A stretch of 64,000 nucleotides of DNA from Promethearchaeota archaeon (GTDB lineage: Archaea > Asgardarchaeota > Lokiarchaeia > Sigyniarchaeales > SOKP01): contig JBHLNF010000011.1 of the NCBI GenBank assembly GCA_048937405.1, forward strand, positions 42,119-106,118, read 5' to 3'. The notes under the pieces are model-generated. The model was not told where the DNA came from and did not search any database. It was given only the letters and a program-made list of their open reading frames with translations. A program made the position numbers and the translations under genes. Below are positions 41,126 through 50,477 of the stretch, in pieces (the stretch's first letter is position 1; each line of letters begins with the position of its first letter).

Positions 41126-42163
41126 TTAAATCATTTCTGCAAATGCTTCAAACCTAGTTGTTAATTGTTTGTAAGATTCACGATTATATTCCATCTCAAC
41201 GAATAAATAGGGAATTCCTAATTCCTTAAACTTTTTACTAATATAAGGATGTGAATATAAGACTGGTTCACAAAATTTTTGAGCAATATTTAGTATTCCA
41301 TCAACATTATATTTTTTTGCCAACCTCTTGAGGGTTTTGAATCGTTCATAAGATGGAAATTTGGTTGAATATATAGGCTTATTTAAATAATATTTCGCAA
41401 GAGCTTCGATAGGATCTTCAGATTCATCAACATTATTCCAAAAATATTTTGTTCCGATACATAGATCATCGGTAATTATATGAAACTTGAGAGCTTCAAG
41501 AAATTTAATGAACTCTGAATCATCTATTACAGAACCCGTCAATAGAATCTTTTTTATCTTATTATCTAAATATGGCTTCTTAGTTTTTAACTCATTAAGT
41601 TCTGATTGTAACATCTCTATAACTTTATTTTTTTCCATTTGTTGTGCTCTTTTAACTAAAGAGTGAAAGTCTGAACCATGTAAAATCATCTTTTCCCTAT
41701 AGATAGAAATCTCTCTTAATAAATCTCTAATATGGTTCATTTTTTTTATTGCTTCTTTAATTTTTTCGGATGTTATCTTTACATTGAATTTATACTCTAG
41801 CTGAGCCATTAATTCTCTAATATCATTAATAAAGAATCTTAAAGCTGTATCATTACGTTTCAATGGAGAGTTAAGAAAATAGAAGAAGTCCAAATTTACA
41901 GATTCTAACCAAATATCAAATTCACGATTAGTACAATCACATCCATGAGTAGTAATAATACCTTTAATATCTTGGTTAAGACCTTCTATTGCTTGCTGAA
42001 GAATGTTTCTTGCCCATACACAATGATTTGGAGGAACATGTTCATTTGCTTTATCAATACTTATTAAAGGGTTTCCAAAGAGTCTAATTGGAGTGATATC
42101 GGCAGCAACCAAGATTTCTTCTGGAGTTTCTGTCGAAGCATCAAAATAAGCAATCTTTACCAT
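41126..42163 (-). CDS. 2-hydroxyacyl-CoA dehydratase subunit (HgdB/FldC-like)
   Basis: PEEILVAA, HC, CDC, DDLCIG, KFCEP, TRFEAF. Confidence 0.85.
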   Translation of the reverse strand: MVKIAYFDASTETPEEILVAADITPIRLFGNPLISIDKANEHVPPNHCVWARNILQQAIEGLNQDIKGIITTHGCDCTNREFDIWLESVNLDFFYFLNSPLKRNDTALRFFINDIRELMAQLEYKFNVKITSEKIKEAIKKMNHIRDLLREISIYREKMILHGSDFHSLVKRAQQMEKNKVIEMLQSELNELKTKKPYLDNKIKKILLTGSVIDDSEFIKFLEALKFHIITDDLCIGTKYFWNNVDESEDPIEALAKYYLNKPIYSTKFPSYERFKTLKRLAKKYNVDGILNIAQKFCEPVLYSHPYISKKFKELGIPYLFVEMEYNRESYKQLTTRFEAFAEMI

Positions 42164-42296
42164 TATTTTGCCACATTAGTAAAATTATTATTTAAAACTC
42201 TAAATTTTCTAAATTCTTAAATATTTAAAAAAATATTTATTTAATCCTTCTATTTAATCCTTATATTTAGAATAAATTTAAGTTGTTTTCAATTTA

Positions 42297-42605
42297 ATGT
42301 CACAAGCTACCATTTCCCGAACTTTAAGTAAAGCTATTTTAAAAGATAAAGTCCGTATCAAATTAAAAATTTGGAATACATATTTAACTGGCAAGTTAGT
42401 TAAATTTGATAATTATATGAATTTAATTGTTGAAGAAGCAAAAGAGATTTATTTTGGTCGAGGTGGAAAACGAAGTAAGGACTTGGGAACTGTAATGATT
42501 CGAGGTGCTTCGATTATATTCATAGGGCAAGATCGGGAAAAGCTAATATTCGGAGAAAATGATGAAGAAAAACTTATGTATCGAGAAGAATTTGATGATA
42601 TATAG
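42297..42605 (+). CDS. Sm/LSm protein
   Basis: GKLVKFDNYMNL (Sm1) and LGTVMIRG (Sm2); upstream of rpl37e, as is usual in archaea. Confidence 0.88.
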   Translation: MSQATISRTLSKAILKDKVRIKLKIWNTYLTGKLVKFDNYMNLIVEEAKEIYFGRGGKRSKDLGTVMIRGASIIFIGQDREKLIFGENDEEKLMYREEFDDI

Positions 42606-42625
42606 TTAATAGGAGCTGATTAAAA

Positions 42626-42826
42626 ATGGGAAAAGGTACACCGAGTAAGGGAAAAAAGAATAAAGCTTCATCTCATAAGACTTGTAGAAGATGTGGAAAG
42701 CATTCATATCATAGACGTAAAAAATTTTGTGCTAGTTGTGGTTTTGGACATACTGCGAAGTTACGACAACCGAGTTGGCGTAATAGATACCGTGCCTTTA
42801 ATGGAAAGAAATCTTTTTATAGATAA
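42626..42826 (+). CDS. rpl37e: 50S ribosomal protein L37e
   Basis: MGKGTPS.GK...H..CRRCG..SYH.....CASCGFG. Confidence 0.97.
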   Translation: MGKGTPSKGKKNKASSHKTCRRCGKHSYHRRKKFCASCGFGHTAKLRQPSWRNRYRAFNGKKSFYR

Positions 42827-42942
42827 TAACTTTAATTTAAAAGTTTTACTTTACATGACCAAATTAACTAGTTTTAACTTTTTATATTTGCTTGCATTTC
42901 TATCATATTGATAATAAAATTATGATCTAATTTTGAATTCAA

Positions 42943-43317
42943 ATGAATAACTTAGTAGTCAAAAATCTTACTAAAGAATTAGAGAGGATAAAAAATTTTA
43001 ATGAAATCATTGGAAATGCGATAGTAAATCGAAATGGCTTATTAATTTCGTCAAGTCTCCCTAGAGATATCGATGAAAGACGATTTGGAGCATTAGCTGC
43101 AACTATGTTTGAAGCAGTTGAAACAGCCACTTCAAGTTTTGATCAGAATCAAATCAAGAATTTGACTGTAGATTATCAGGATTGCCATTTAATAATCTTA
43201 GGAATTGATGATAAAATGATTAATGTTTCATTAATAGAGAAGGACACAAATTTAGGTTTAATTTTTATCGAAATTGAAGAGAGTATAAAAGAATTCAGAA
43301 AAATCATAGAAATGTGA
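42943..43317 (+). CDS. Roadblock/LC7 domain protein
   Basis: IIGNAIVNRNGLLISSSLP...ALAATMF...NLGLI. Confidence 0.88.
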   Translation: MNNLVVKNLTKELERIKNFNEIIGNAIVNRNGLLISSSLPRDIDERRFGALAATMFEAVETATSSFDQNQIKNLTVDYQDCHLIILGIDDKMINVSLIEKDTNLGLIFIEIEESIKEFRKIIEM

Positions 43318-43323
43318 TGATAT

Positions 43324-44061
43324 ATTTTAACTGAAGAACAAAAAGAAAGATATTCTAGGCAAATAATTTCTCCCTTTATTGGAGAGGAGGGACAAGAAAA
43401 GATTTCTAAGTTAAAAGTCCTTCAAATTGGCTGTGGAGGTTTGGGCAGTCCATTCGCATTATATTTAACAGCTGCTGGAATAAATCAACTAACTATTATA
43501 GATAATGATATTTTAGATATTTCTAATCTACAACGACAGATACTCTATAATGAAACCCAAATCGGTAAAGAGAAAATTAAATCTGCAAAAAATGTATTGA
43601 TTAAACTTAATTCTGGAGTCAATATAAATACTTATAAAGATTATATTGATGAGAATTCCATCAAGAAGTATCTAAAAGAAGAAAACTATGATTTTATTGT
43701 TGATTGTAGTGATAATTTTAAAACAAAATTTTTAGTCAATAAAATCGCTGTAGAAAATAACTTAAAAAGTGTGATCGCTGGAATAAAAGATTTCTATGGT
43801 CAAATAATGACTATCAATCCAAAAGTTTCCGCATGTTATCAATGTGTTTTCTCACCTATAGAAACTCCGTCAAATGAAGGTCCTTTACCAGTTATTGGGG
43901 TTACACCTGGAATTTTAGGAACGTTAGAAGCTTTAGAAGTAATAAAAACAGCTTTAGGGTTACCTAATTTAGAAAATAAAATTCTTATGGTTAATCTAAT
44001 AGATTTAAGGTTTAATATCATAGATATAATAAAGAATGAAAAATGTATTTGTTCATCATAA
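43324..44061 (+). CDS. ThiF/MoeB/UbaA-family E1-like adenylyltransferase; probable ATT start
   Basis: Frame extends upstream of the called TTG to ILTEEQKERYSRQI...GQEKI...IGCGGLG; also SNLQRQ, DCSDN, ACYQC and a terminal C.IC. Confidence 0.88.
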   Translation: MLTEEQKERYSRQIISPFIGEEGQEKISKLKVLQIGCGGLGSPFALYLTAAGINQLTIIDNDILDISNLQRQILYNETQIGKEKIKSAKNVLIKLNSGVNINTYKDYIDENSIKKYLKEENYDFIVDCSDNFKTKFLVNKIAVENNLKSVIAGIKDFYGQIMTINPKVSACYQCVFSPIETPSNEGPLPVIGVTPGILGTLEALEVIKTALGLPNLENKILMVNLIDLRFNIIDIIKNEKCICSS

Positions 44062-44086
44062 ACATATCATAAAATTAAATAAGAAT

Positions 44087-44644
44087 TTAGATTTTACTGA
44101 ACTCTGGATTATTTTCAAAAAAATTTTTGAATTCTTTTCCATTAATTACATAATCTCCTGAACTATTTTCCCCGATAAGATTTTCATCTTTAGGAAAATC
44201 CTTTAGAAATTTGGCTGGAACACCCCCCCATAATTGATTAGCAGGTATTTCTTTATTAGTAATTACCGCTCCAGCTGCGATCATAGAACCATCTTTCATT
44301 TTAGTATTATGTAATACATTACTACCAATACCAATTAAACACCCATTTCCTATTTCTGTTGGACCATGAATCATCGCATGGTGCCCAATTATGCAATTCG
44401 AGCCAATTTTAACATTAGTTCCAATTTCATTATGAATTGTAACATTTTCTTGGATACTTGTATTTTTTCCAATCTTAATTTTCCCCCAATCACCTCTTAA
44501 AATAGCCCCAAACCATATATTTGAACCTTCACCAATTATTACATCTCCAATAATTACTGCTGTAGGTGCTATATAAACAGATGGATGAATTACAGGTTTT
44601 CTTCCTGTCTTCGGACTTGGCATTATTATTGGTATAATTTTCAC
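44087..44644 (-). CDS. Gamma carbonic anhydrase family hexapeptide-repeat protein
   Basis: IGDVIIG...WFGAILRGD...IQENVTIH...IGH...IHG; exact start uncertain. Confidence 0.9.
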   Translation of the reverse strand: MKIIPIIMPSPKTGRKPVIHPSVYIAPTAVIIGDVIIGEGSNIWFGAILRGDWGKIKIGKNTSIQENVTIHNEIGTNVKIGSNCIIGHHAMIHGPTEIGNGCLIGIGSNVLHNTKMKDGSMIAAGAVITNKEIPANQLWGGVPAKFLKDFPKDENLIGENSSGDYVINGKEFKNFFENNPEFSKI

Positions 44645-44728
44645 CTAATACTTTGATTATCTCAAGATGAAAAATCAAGTCAGAAATAAGAAAGTTATGA
44701 TGATAATTTATAAAAAGAAATTTCAAAT

Positions 44729-45418
44729 TTACCAGAAATTCAAACTATTTTTAGTCGCGAACTTTATTCCCTTTTTAATCATTTTTTTTAGTGAATCGGT
44801 AATATTTCCAGGTGGAACATCAATACCTTTAGTTAGATCTATCAGAAAGTATGTTTCAAAATTAAAGTCAACACCATCTACAGCAGTATTATAACAACAG
44901 TAATCTAGTGCTAAACCACATATGAAAATTCTCTTAATATTAAAAGAATTCAAATATTCTTTCAATCCAGTTTCAGTTTTTTTATCATTTTCAAGAAAAG
45001 CTGAATAGCTATCGATTTCTGGGTTCATACCTTTTTGAATTATCTTATTAATCATTTTTGTATTGATTTCTTTGTGAAATCGCGCACCATAAGTATTTTG
45101 AACACAATGATCAGGCCATAAAATTGGTCCAATTGCCCCATCTTCAGAACTGAATTCATCTCCAGGATCTTTATTTGGATGATTGCTTGCGAAGGATAAA
45201 TGATTTGAAGGGTGCCAATCTTGAGAGTGCACAACGGTGCTATCAACAAAAAATTCAATTACATCATTAATACCATTTATTATTGAATCACCTTCTTCTA
45301 CAGGTAAAGCTCCCCCCGGGAGAAAATCATTCTGCATATCAATAATTAATAGAGCATCATATTTATTAGGGATAATTTTCTTTTCAATTTTTAAATCAAC
45401 ACCATAAAATTTTACCAT
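44729..45418 (-). CDS. pncA: Nicotinamidase/pyrazinamidase (second paralog)
   Basis: DMQNDF, QDWH, WPDHC, QKG, DSYSAF, GLALDYC; ATG at 45418 follows a GGAG SD. Confidence 0.92.
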   Translation of the reverse strand: MVKFYGVDLKIEKKIIPNKYDALLIIDMQNDFLPGGALPVEEGDSIINGINDVIEFFVDSTVVHSQDWHPSNHLSFASNHPNKDPGDEFSSEDGAIGPILWPDHCVQNTYGARFHKEINTKMINKIIQKGMNPEIDSYSAFLENDKKTETGLKEYLNSFNIKRIFICGLALDYCCYNTAVDGVDFNFETYFLIDLTKGIDVPPGNITDSLKKMIKKGIKFATKNSLNFW

Positions 45419-45563
45419 ACTTATCTCCACTTCCTTTAATTATTAAGTATATTTTAAAAAGTCTTTAAATCTAAATGAAAAGTAATAATGTCTGTAATTT
45501 ATGGTAATATTTAATTTCATATCTTAAAAAAAAGATAAATAAATAAAATTAAAAAAAAGAGGA

Positions 45564-47966
45564 TTAAAAATTCTGCATCATTAACCATTGAGTATATAGC
45601 TGAGAAAATTGCATCATAAAATTTGCATCATCTAATGTGCCACTTTTTAAATTATTTATAAGATTTACAATTTCGTTCTTTTTGCTTGTATGAAATTGTC
45701 TTATTCTATCAGAATCTACAACTTCTTCTAGCATATTCATAAATGTGTCCCAATCTATTTCTGTTGGAATTGCAATAGTAGTTTCTTTTTCCTCTACATT
45801 TTTAATCTTAAATATCCGTTGCTGTGCATAGAATTTCTTAACATATTCATATATCTGCTCACATACTCTTTCAAAATCTTGTGGATTATATTCAATGCCG
45901 GGAGGTTGTGAGAGTCCTGTAGTTATTATATCTTGCCATGAAACATCTGTTCCTTTCATGGGTAAGACAGGAACACTATATTTTCTAGAAAGTTCTAATT
46001 CATGAGCACAATCTACTGAATTGAATACGGATTTATTTGTACCTAAAAAGAATATAACATCACTAATAGGGACATTCTGATCCATAAAATCATCTATATT
46101 TCCAGATAAATCTTGCTCACAGAGAAGTACATCATATACTTCGGGTTTTTTCTCTAAATATTCACCTAATGCTGCCAATTTATAAGGTTCATAATCAACA
46201 ACTGCGTGGGATATAAAAATTGCCATACTAGCCCTCTGTTTGAGATAATCTCGTAGGGTATCCATATCACGTTTGATTAATTGTTTTTCTTCTTCTGATA
46301 ATGGATTTTCTTCAATATCAAAATTCTCTAAAGTTTCGAGTGACCATAACAAATATGGTAATGTTTTAAATTTATTACTTTTTAAAGAGATAGTACGAAT
46401 ATTTGAAGTGCCTATACTCTCTGGCAAGGTCTCCATTTGATTTTCAGCAAAGCTGATACTTCTTAAACTTTTACATTGTCCTATTGAGGAAGGGATGGAA
46501 GATAAATTATTCTTGTTAGCAATTAATCCACTGAGGGAAGTCATTCTATCAAAACAATTAGGTAATGAGACCAATACATTGTCGCTAACATCTAAAGTTG
46601 TCAATGATGATAAATTACATAGTTCAGAGGGTAGACTAGTTAATTGGTTTTTGTTTAACGTCAATTTCCCAAGGTTTTTTAAATTTCCTATCTCAATAGG
46701 TAAACTTTCGATTTCATTTCCTTCTAAATTAAGTTCTTTCAATTTCTCTAACTTTCCAATACTTGCAGGTAATTTTTTCAGTTTTCCATTTGTAACTCTC
46801 ATGTGCCATATATTAATTAATTCCCCTATTGAGCCTGGAAGCGATTCTAAAGGAGTTCCTCTTATATCAAGATAACTTAATTTGTTAAGTTCTCCGAAAT
46901 TTTCTGGCAAATTAATTATTTTACAATCTTGAATATTAAGACGTTCTAATCCTTTCATAAGTGCAAAGGATTGGGGTAAAGAAGTTATATTATTTTTACT
47001 TAAATCTAATCCAAATACTTTATCTAAATTACATATTGAATTTGGTAAGCTTTCAAGTGGATTTCCAGTAAAATTAATAGCATTCAAATTTTTCAAATTT
47101 CCAATTGATTCTGGAATTTTTTTGACTTGATTATTATCCAAACGAAATACTTTCAATGAGAGTAAATTTCCTATACTTTCAGGTAATTCATCAAGTTTAT
47201 TATCTTTTACAAGAAGAGTTTGGAGGTTTGATAAATTACCTATTGTATTGGGTAATTTATGCAAATCTAAAGAACTGATCTCCAAGCTTTCAAGTGAAGT
47301 AAGTTCTCCTATTGAGTCTGGTAATTGAGAAATTCGAGTTACTCCTAAGTCAAGAGAAATAAGTGACCTTAGTTGTCCTATATTAGATGGTAAATCTTCT
47401 ATATTGTTATGTCTAAGTGATAATTTTTTAAGAGCAAGTAGATTATATATACTTTCTGGAACACGGGTTAGTCTATTGTCACTTAAATCAAGTTCAGTTA
47501 AAGCTGTACAAGCCTCAATTTCCACGGGGATATCCCTTATTTTATTAGTGCGAAGATCCAATTTCTCAAGATTTTTTAAATTTGAAATCCAGCTTGGTAG
47601 TACTTTCAATTCATTTACTCCCAAATCAAGCTGTTTAAGAGCAGTACAGTTAACTAAGCTAGATGGAAGCTCATAAAGGTTATTTTGTTGGGCAGCAAGC
47701 CATTCTAAATTTGTTAATTCTCCAATAGATTCTGGGATAGTTTCAATTTTATTACCATAAAAAAGTAATGATTGAAGTTTTTTACAATTCCCGATATTTT
47801 CAGGTAAACCTGTAAGAGTTCCTCGAGTAACCTCAATTCGAATAACACGGTTATCTTCAACCCTAAAATTATTTGAACTCCAATCTGATCCCATCTTTTG
47901 TTCTAAATCCTTAAGAACTTCTATCTCTTCTATGGGAAGCGTATAGTTCATGTATTGATCGCTCAT
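45564..47966 (-). CDS. LRR-TIR protein with intact TIR catalytic Glu
   Basis: About 20 23-aa LRRs (LPxSIGxLxxLxxLxLxxN), then IFISH...SDVIFF...S.DCAHEL...VPVLP, then a helical C-terminal domain. Confidence 0.85.
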   Translation of the reverse strand: MSDQYMNYTLPIEEIEVLKDLEQKMGSDWSSNNFRVEDNRVIRIEVTRGTLTGLPENIGNCKKLQSLLFYGNKIETIPESIGELTNLEWLAAQQNNLYELPSSLVNCTALKQLDLGVNELKVLPSWISNLKNLEKLDLRTNKIRDIPVEIEACTALTELDLSDNRLTRVPESIYNLLALKKLSLRHNNIEDLPSNIGQLRSLISLDLGVTRISQLPDSIGELTSLESLEISSLDLHKLPNTIGNLSNLQTLLVKDNKLDELPESIGNLLSLKVFRLDNNQVKKIPESIGNLKNLNAINFTGNPLESLPNSICNLDKVFGLDLSKNNITSLPQSFALMKGLERLNIQDCKIINLPENFGELNKLSYLDIRGTPLESLPGSIGELINIWHMRVTNGKLKKLPASIGKLEKLKELNLEGNEIESLPIEIGNLKNLGKLTLNKNQLTSLPSELCNLSSLTTLDVSDNVLVSLPNCFDRMTSLSGLIANKNNLSSIPSSIGQCKSLRSISFAENQMETLPESIGTSNIRTISLKSNKFKTLPYLLWSLETLENFDIEENPLSEEEKQLIKRDMDTLRDYLKQRASMAIFISHAVVDYEPYKLAALGEYLEKKPEVYDVLLCEQDLSGNIDDFMDQNVPISDVIFFLGTNKSVFNSVDCAHELELSRKYSVPVLPMKGTDVSWQDIITTGLSQPPGIEYNPQDFERVCEQIYEYVKKFYAQQRIFKIKNVEEKETTIAIPTEIDWDTFMNMLEEVVDSDRIRQFHTSKKNEIVNLINNLKSGTLDDANFMMQFSQLYTQWLMMQNF

Positions 47967-50332
47967 TGTTGCTTACCCCCATAAAATTGTGTCATAGCTT
48001 TCTTTTGTTGTATAAATCCCATAAAAAGACCTGAAAGTTGAGTAAGAAACAATCCTTCTCCTCCGATTTTTGCCGATTGTAAGTTATTACATATTCCAGT
48101 TAATGATGGTTTGTTCTGTTCAAAAAATTCTTTCATTTCAGGCATATGAATGATGCGATCAAGTTCGGCTTTAAAGGTTCCAAAACCAGCAGGATCACTA
48201 ACGGCTACAGCTTCTTCTTTTTTTAAGATTATAGATTTATCTTTAAAAATATTATGAGAACGTTTTAATTGTTGAATATAACTATAGACATTTTCACAAA
48301 AACCATCAAAATCATCTGGAGTAAATTCGTGGCCTAACTCACGACTAAGATCTACAGTGGCTAGGTCACCCCAACCAACATCTAGACCTTTCAAAGGGAT
48401 TACTTCAATACCTTGACTTTTAGCACTTTTTAAAATTTGAACCATATCTGGAGAATTAATAGAACCTGCAGTAGCAAGAAATAGAACTAAATCAGTAGCA
48501 TTAAGGTTAGCTTCTATAGGAGGAAAAGTAGCAAATATTTCGCTTTTTTCTTCCAAGAATGCTGTTAAATCCGATATACGATGAGCTTCCGCATCTTTTT
48601 CTTTATAAATTAACATAACTGCAATACTTGCACGTTGACGACAATATTCCAGAATCGCACTGGTGTCTCTTTGAGAAATCTCTTGTTCTTCCTCTGAAAA
48701 TTGATTTTCTTTCACGTCTAACTCATTCAGAGATTCCATTGTATATATAAAATAAGGAAGATTTTTAAGTTGATTATTGGAGATACTTAGAACTGTTAAT
48801 GGAAGTTTTGTAATTACTTCTGGTATTTCTATCAACTGGTTTTCATTTAGATATAATCTTTCTAATGATCCCAAATTTGCTATTGAAGGGGGAATTTCTG
48901 TTATTTTATTACCTCCTATATAAAGCATATTTACTGATTTAAGCTGGTCTATGCAATCTGGAACTTTTTCAATGAGATTGTATGAAAGATCTAATTGAAA
49001 GACTTTTTTTAATCGACAAATAGAAGGAGGAATCTTTGAGATTCTATTTGATCTTAAGCTCAAAAAGCTCAAATCAACTAAGTCACCAATGGATTCAGGA
49101 ATCTCAGTTATTCGATTTGTGTCTAAGAAAAGTTCTTTAAGAGATTTCAATTGACCAATGTTACTTGGCAAAGATTTTAATCCATTTTCCTTACAATTAA
49201 AGATTTTTAGTTTTTTCAAATTACAAAAAGAACTAGGAAGTTCCAAGATCCCATTATATATAGCTTTATCGTCATTTGTTGACCAAGAACCCTCTAAATC
49301 CAATTCTTCTAATTCTGTCAGATTCCCAAAACTTTCAGGTAAAGCATCAAGCTTGTTCCATTTAAGTTTTAAGATTCTTAATTTTGTTAAATTTCCTATC
49401 GATTCAGGTAAAATATCCAATTCTTTCATTACCAAATTTAGACCAATTATATGTTGATTATCACATACAAAACCGAAATGATCTACTTTTACAGGTCTTT
49501 CAGACACTTCAATCCCATATTGTTTACCAATATCTTCCATACTTGGTTGAGAGGGCTGGGTTTTTACACCATATTGTGCAAGCATATTTTGTATTTTTTG
49601 ATATACCGACTGTGCATACTGTTTGGCTGATTGAATTGCCATTTCCTCACTCATTCCTAATAATGGGGTTAATAAAACAAGATTAGGGTCATTTGCACCT
49701 AATTGTTGTATTCCCACATCAATTGTGACTTTTAATTGAGCTTGGTATTCTGGTGTAATCATTGAATTATAATATTTAATACTTTCTTTTTCCAATTCTT
49801 CAAGTGATATTTGAGAGTATATTACCTCATTTATTCTTTGGGTAGCTTCTTTATTAATAGCCTGAAGTTTAAAATTTTGTTGCATAAACTTAGCCATTGT
49901 TTTTGCTTTTTGTTTTGCTTTAGCTTCATCCAATTCTAACATAGATTTCATTTGCTGGATAGAAGGATGGCTTTCTCCTAACATAGGAATAAGAGAATTA
50001 AGTTGTGCTTTAATATTTGATTTCATAGCTGGATTTATTTGAGCTAGGTATTGATTTTCATAAGTTTTTTCTAACTCTTCTAATGAAAGTTGTGCTAATC
50101 TTTCTTGTTCGGTTACTTGAGCTTTAAAAGCTTGAACTTGGGTGCTTAGAATTGTTTTGGCATCCATCTGTGGTGTTTGACGGCTTTCAGCTAATCTGAG
50201 TCTGGTTTCATCTCTCTTCTCAAGACAAGGAATTGCTTCTGCTATTAATTTTTCTACCTGTTCAAGAAATTCAACTTCTGAAGATATTAAGGAAACACCC
50301 TGATATTCTTTCAATTCTTCAATAATAATCAC
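47963..50332 (-). CDS. LRR-TIR-like paralog with degenerate TIR and N-terminal helical repeat insertion
   Basis: About 11 LRRs; C-terminus aligns with the neighbour (QRASIAV...DLVLFLAT..S.NSPDMVQIL...VIPLKG.DV.W.D); 4-bp stop/start overlap; start may be ATT at 50323. Confidence 0.8.
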   Translation of the reverse strand: MIIIEELKEYQGVSLISSEVEFLEQVEKLIAEAIPCLEKRDETRLRLAESRQTPQMDAKTILSTQVQAFKAQVTEQERLAQLSLEELEKTYENQYLAQINPAMKSNIKAQLNSLIPMLGESHPSIQQMKSMLELDEAKAKQKAKTMAKFMQQNFKLQAINKEATQRINEVIYSQISLEELEKESIKYYNSMITPEYQAQLKVTIDVGIQQLGANDPNLVLLTPLLGMSEEMAIQSAKQYAQSVYQKIQNMLAQYGVKTQPSQPSMEDIGKQYGIEVSERPVKVDHFGFVCDNQHIIGLNLVMKELDILPESIGNLTKLRILKLKWNKLDALPESFGNLTELEELDLEGSWSTNDDKAIYNGILELPSSFCNLKKLKIFNCKENGLKSLPSNIGQLKSLKELFLDTNRITEIPESIGDLVDLSFLSLRSNRISKIPPSICRLKKVFQLDLSYNLIEKVPDCIDQLKSVNMLYIGGNKITEIPPSIANLGSLERLYLNENQLIEIPEVITKLPLTVLSISNNQLKNLPYFIYTMESLNELDVKENQFSEEEQEISQRDTSAILEYCRQRASIAVMLIYKEKDAEAHRISDLTAFLEEKSEIFATFPPIEANLNATDLVLFLATAGSINSPDMVQILKSAKSQGIEVIPLKGLDVGWGDLATVDLSRELGHEFTPDDFDGFCENVYSYIQQLKRSHNIFKDKSIILKKEEAVAVSDPAGFGTFKAELDRIIHMPEMKEFFEQNKPSLTGICNNLQSAKIGGEGLFLTQLSGLFMGFIQQKKAMTQFYGGKQQ

Positions 50333-50477
50333 CTAATACAAATGATTATTGGAATTTTGATTTTATTTTTCAATTAGTATTATTAATGAAGCTTAAGAAT
50401 TTTTATATGTTTGCATTCACTATAATAAAAAATCTAATGAAAATAATTCAATATATATCTTTTCAAAAGTGATTAAG

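Noticed and set aside
43312-43323. In-frame TGA-TGA between the roadblock and E1-like ORFs, read as selenocysteine or readthrough fusion
   Set aside because: Two consecutive stops at a domain boundary, not at Cys-equivalent sites, and no SECIS recognised; a separate ATT start after a GTGA SD is simpler
45564-50332. Roco (LRR-Roc-COR) or NLR-type proteins
   Set aside because: No P-loop/Walker A motif follows the LRRs; the LRRs run directly into the TIR-like domain
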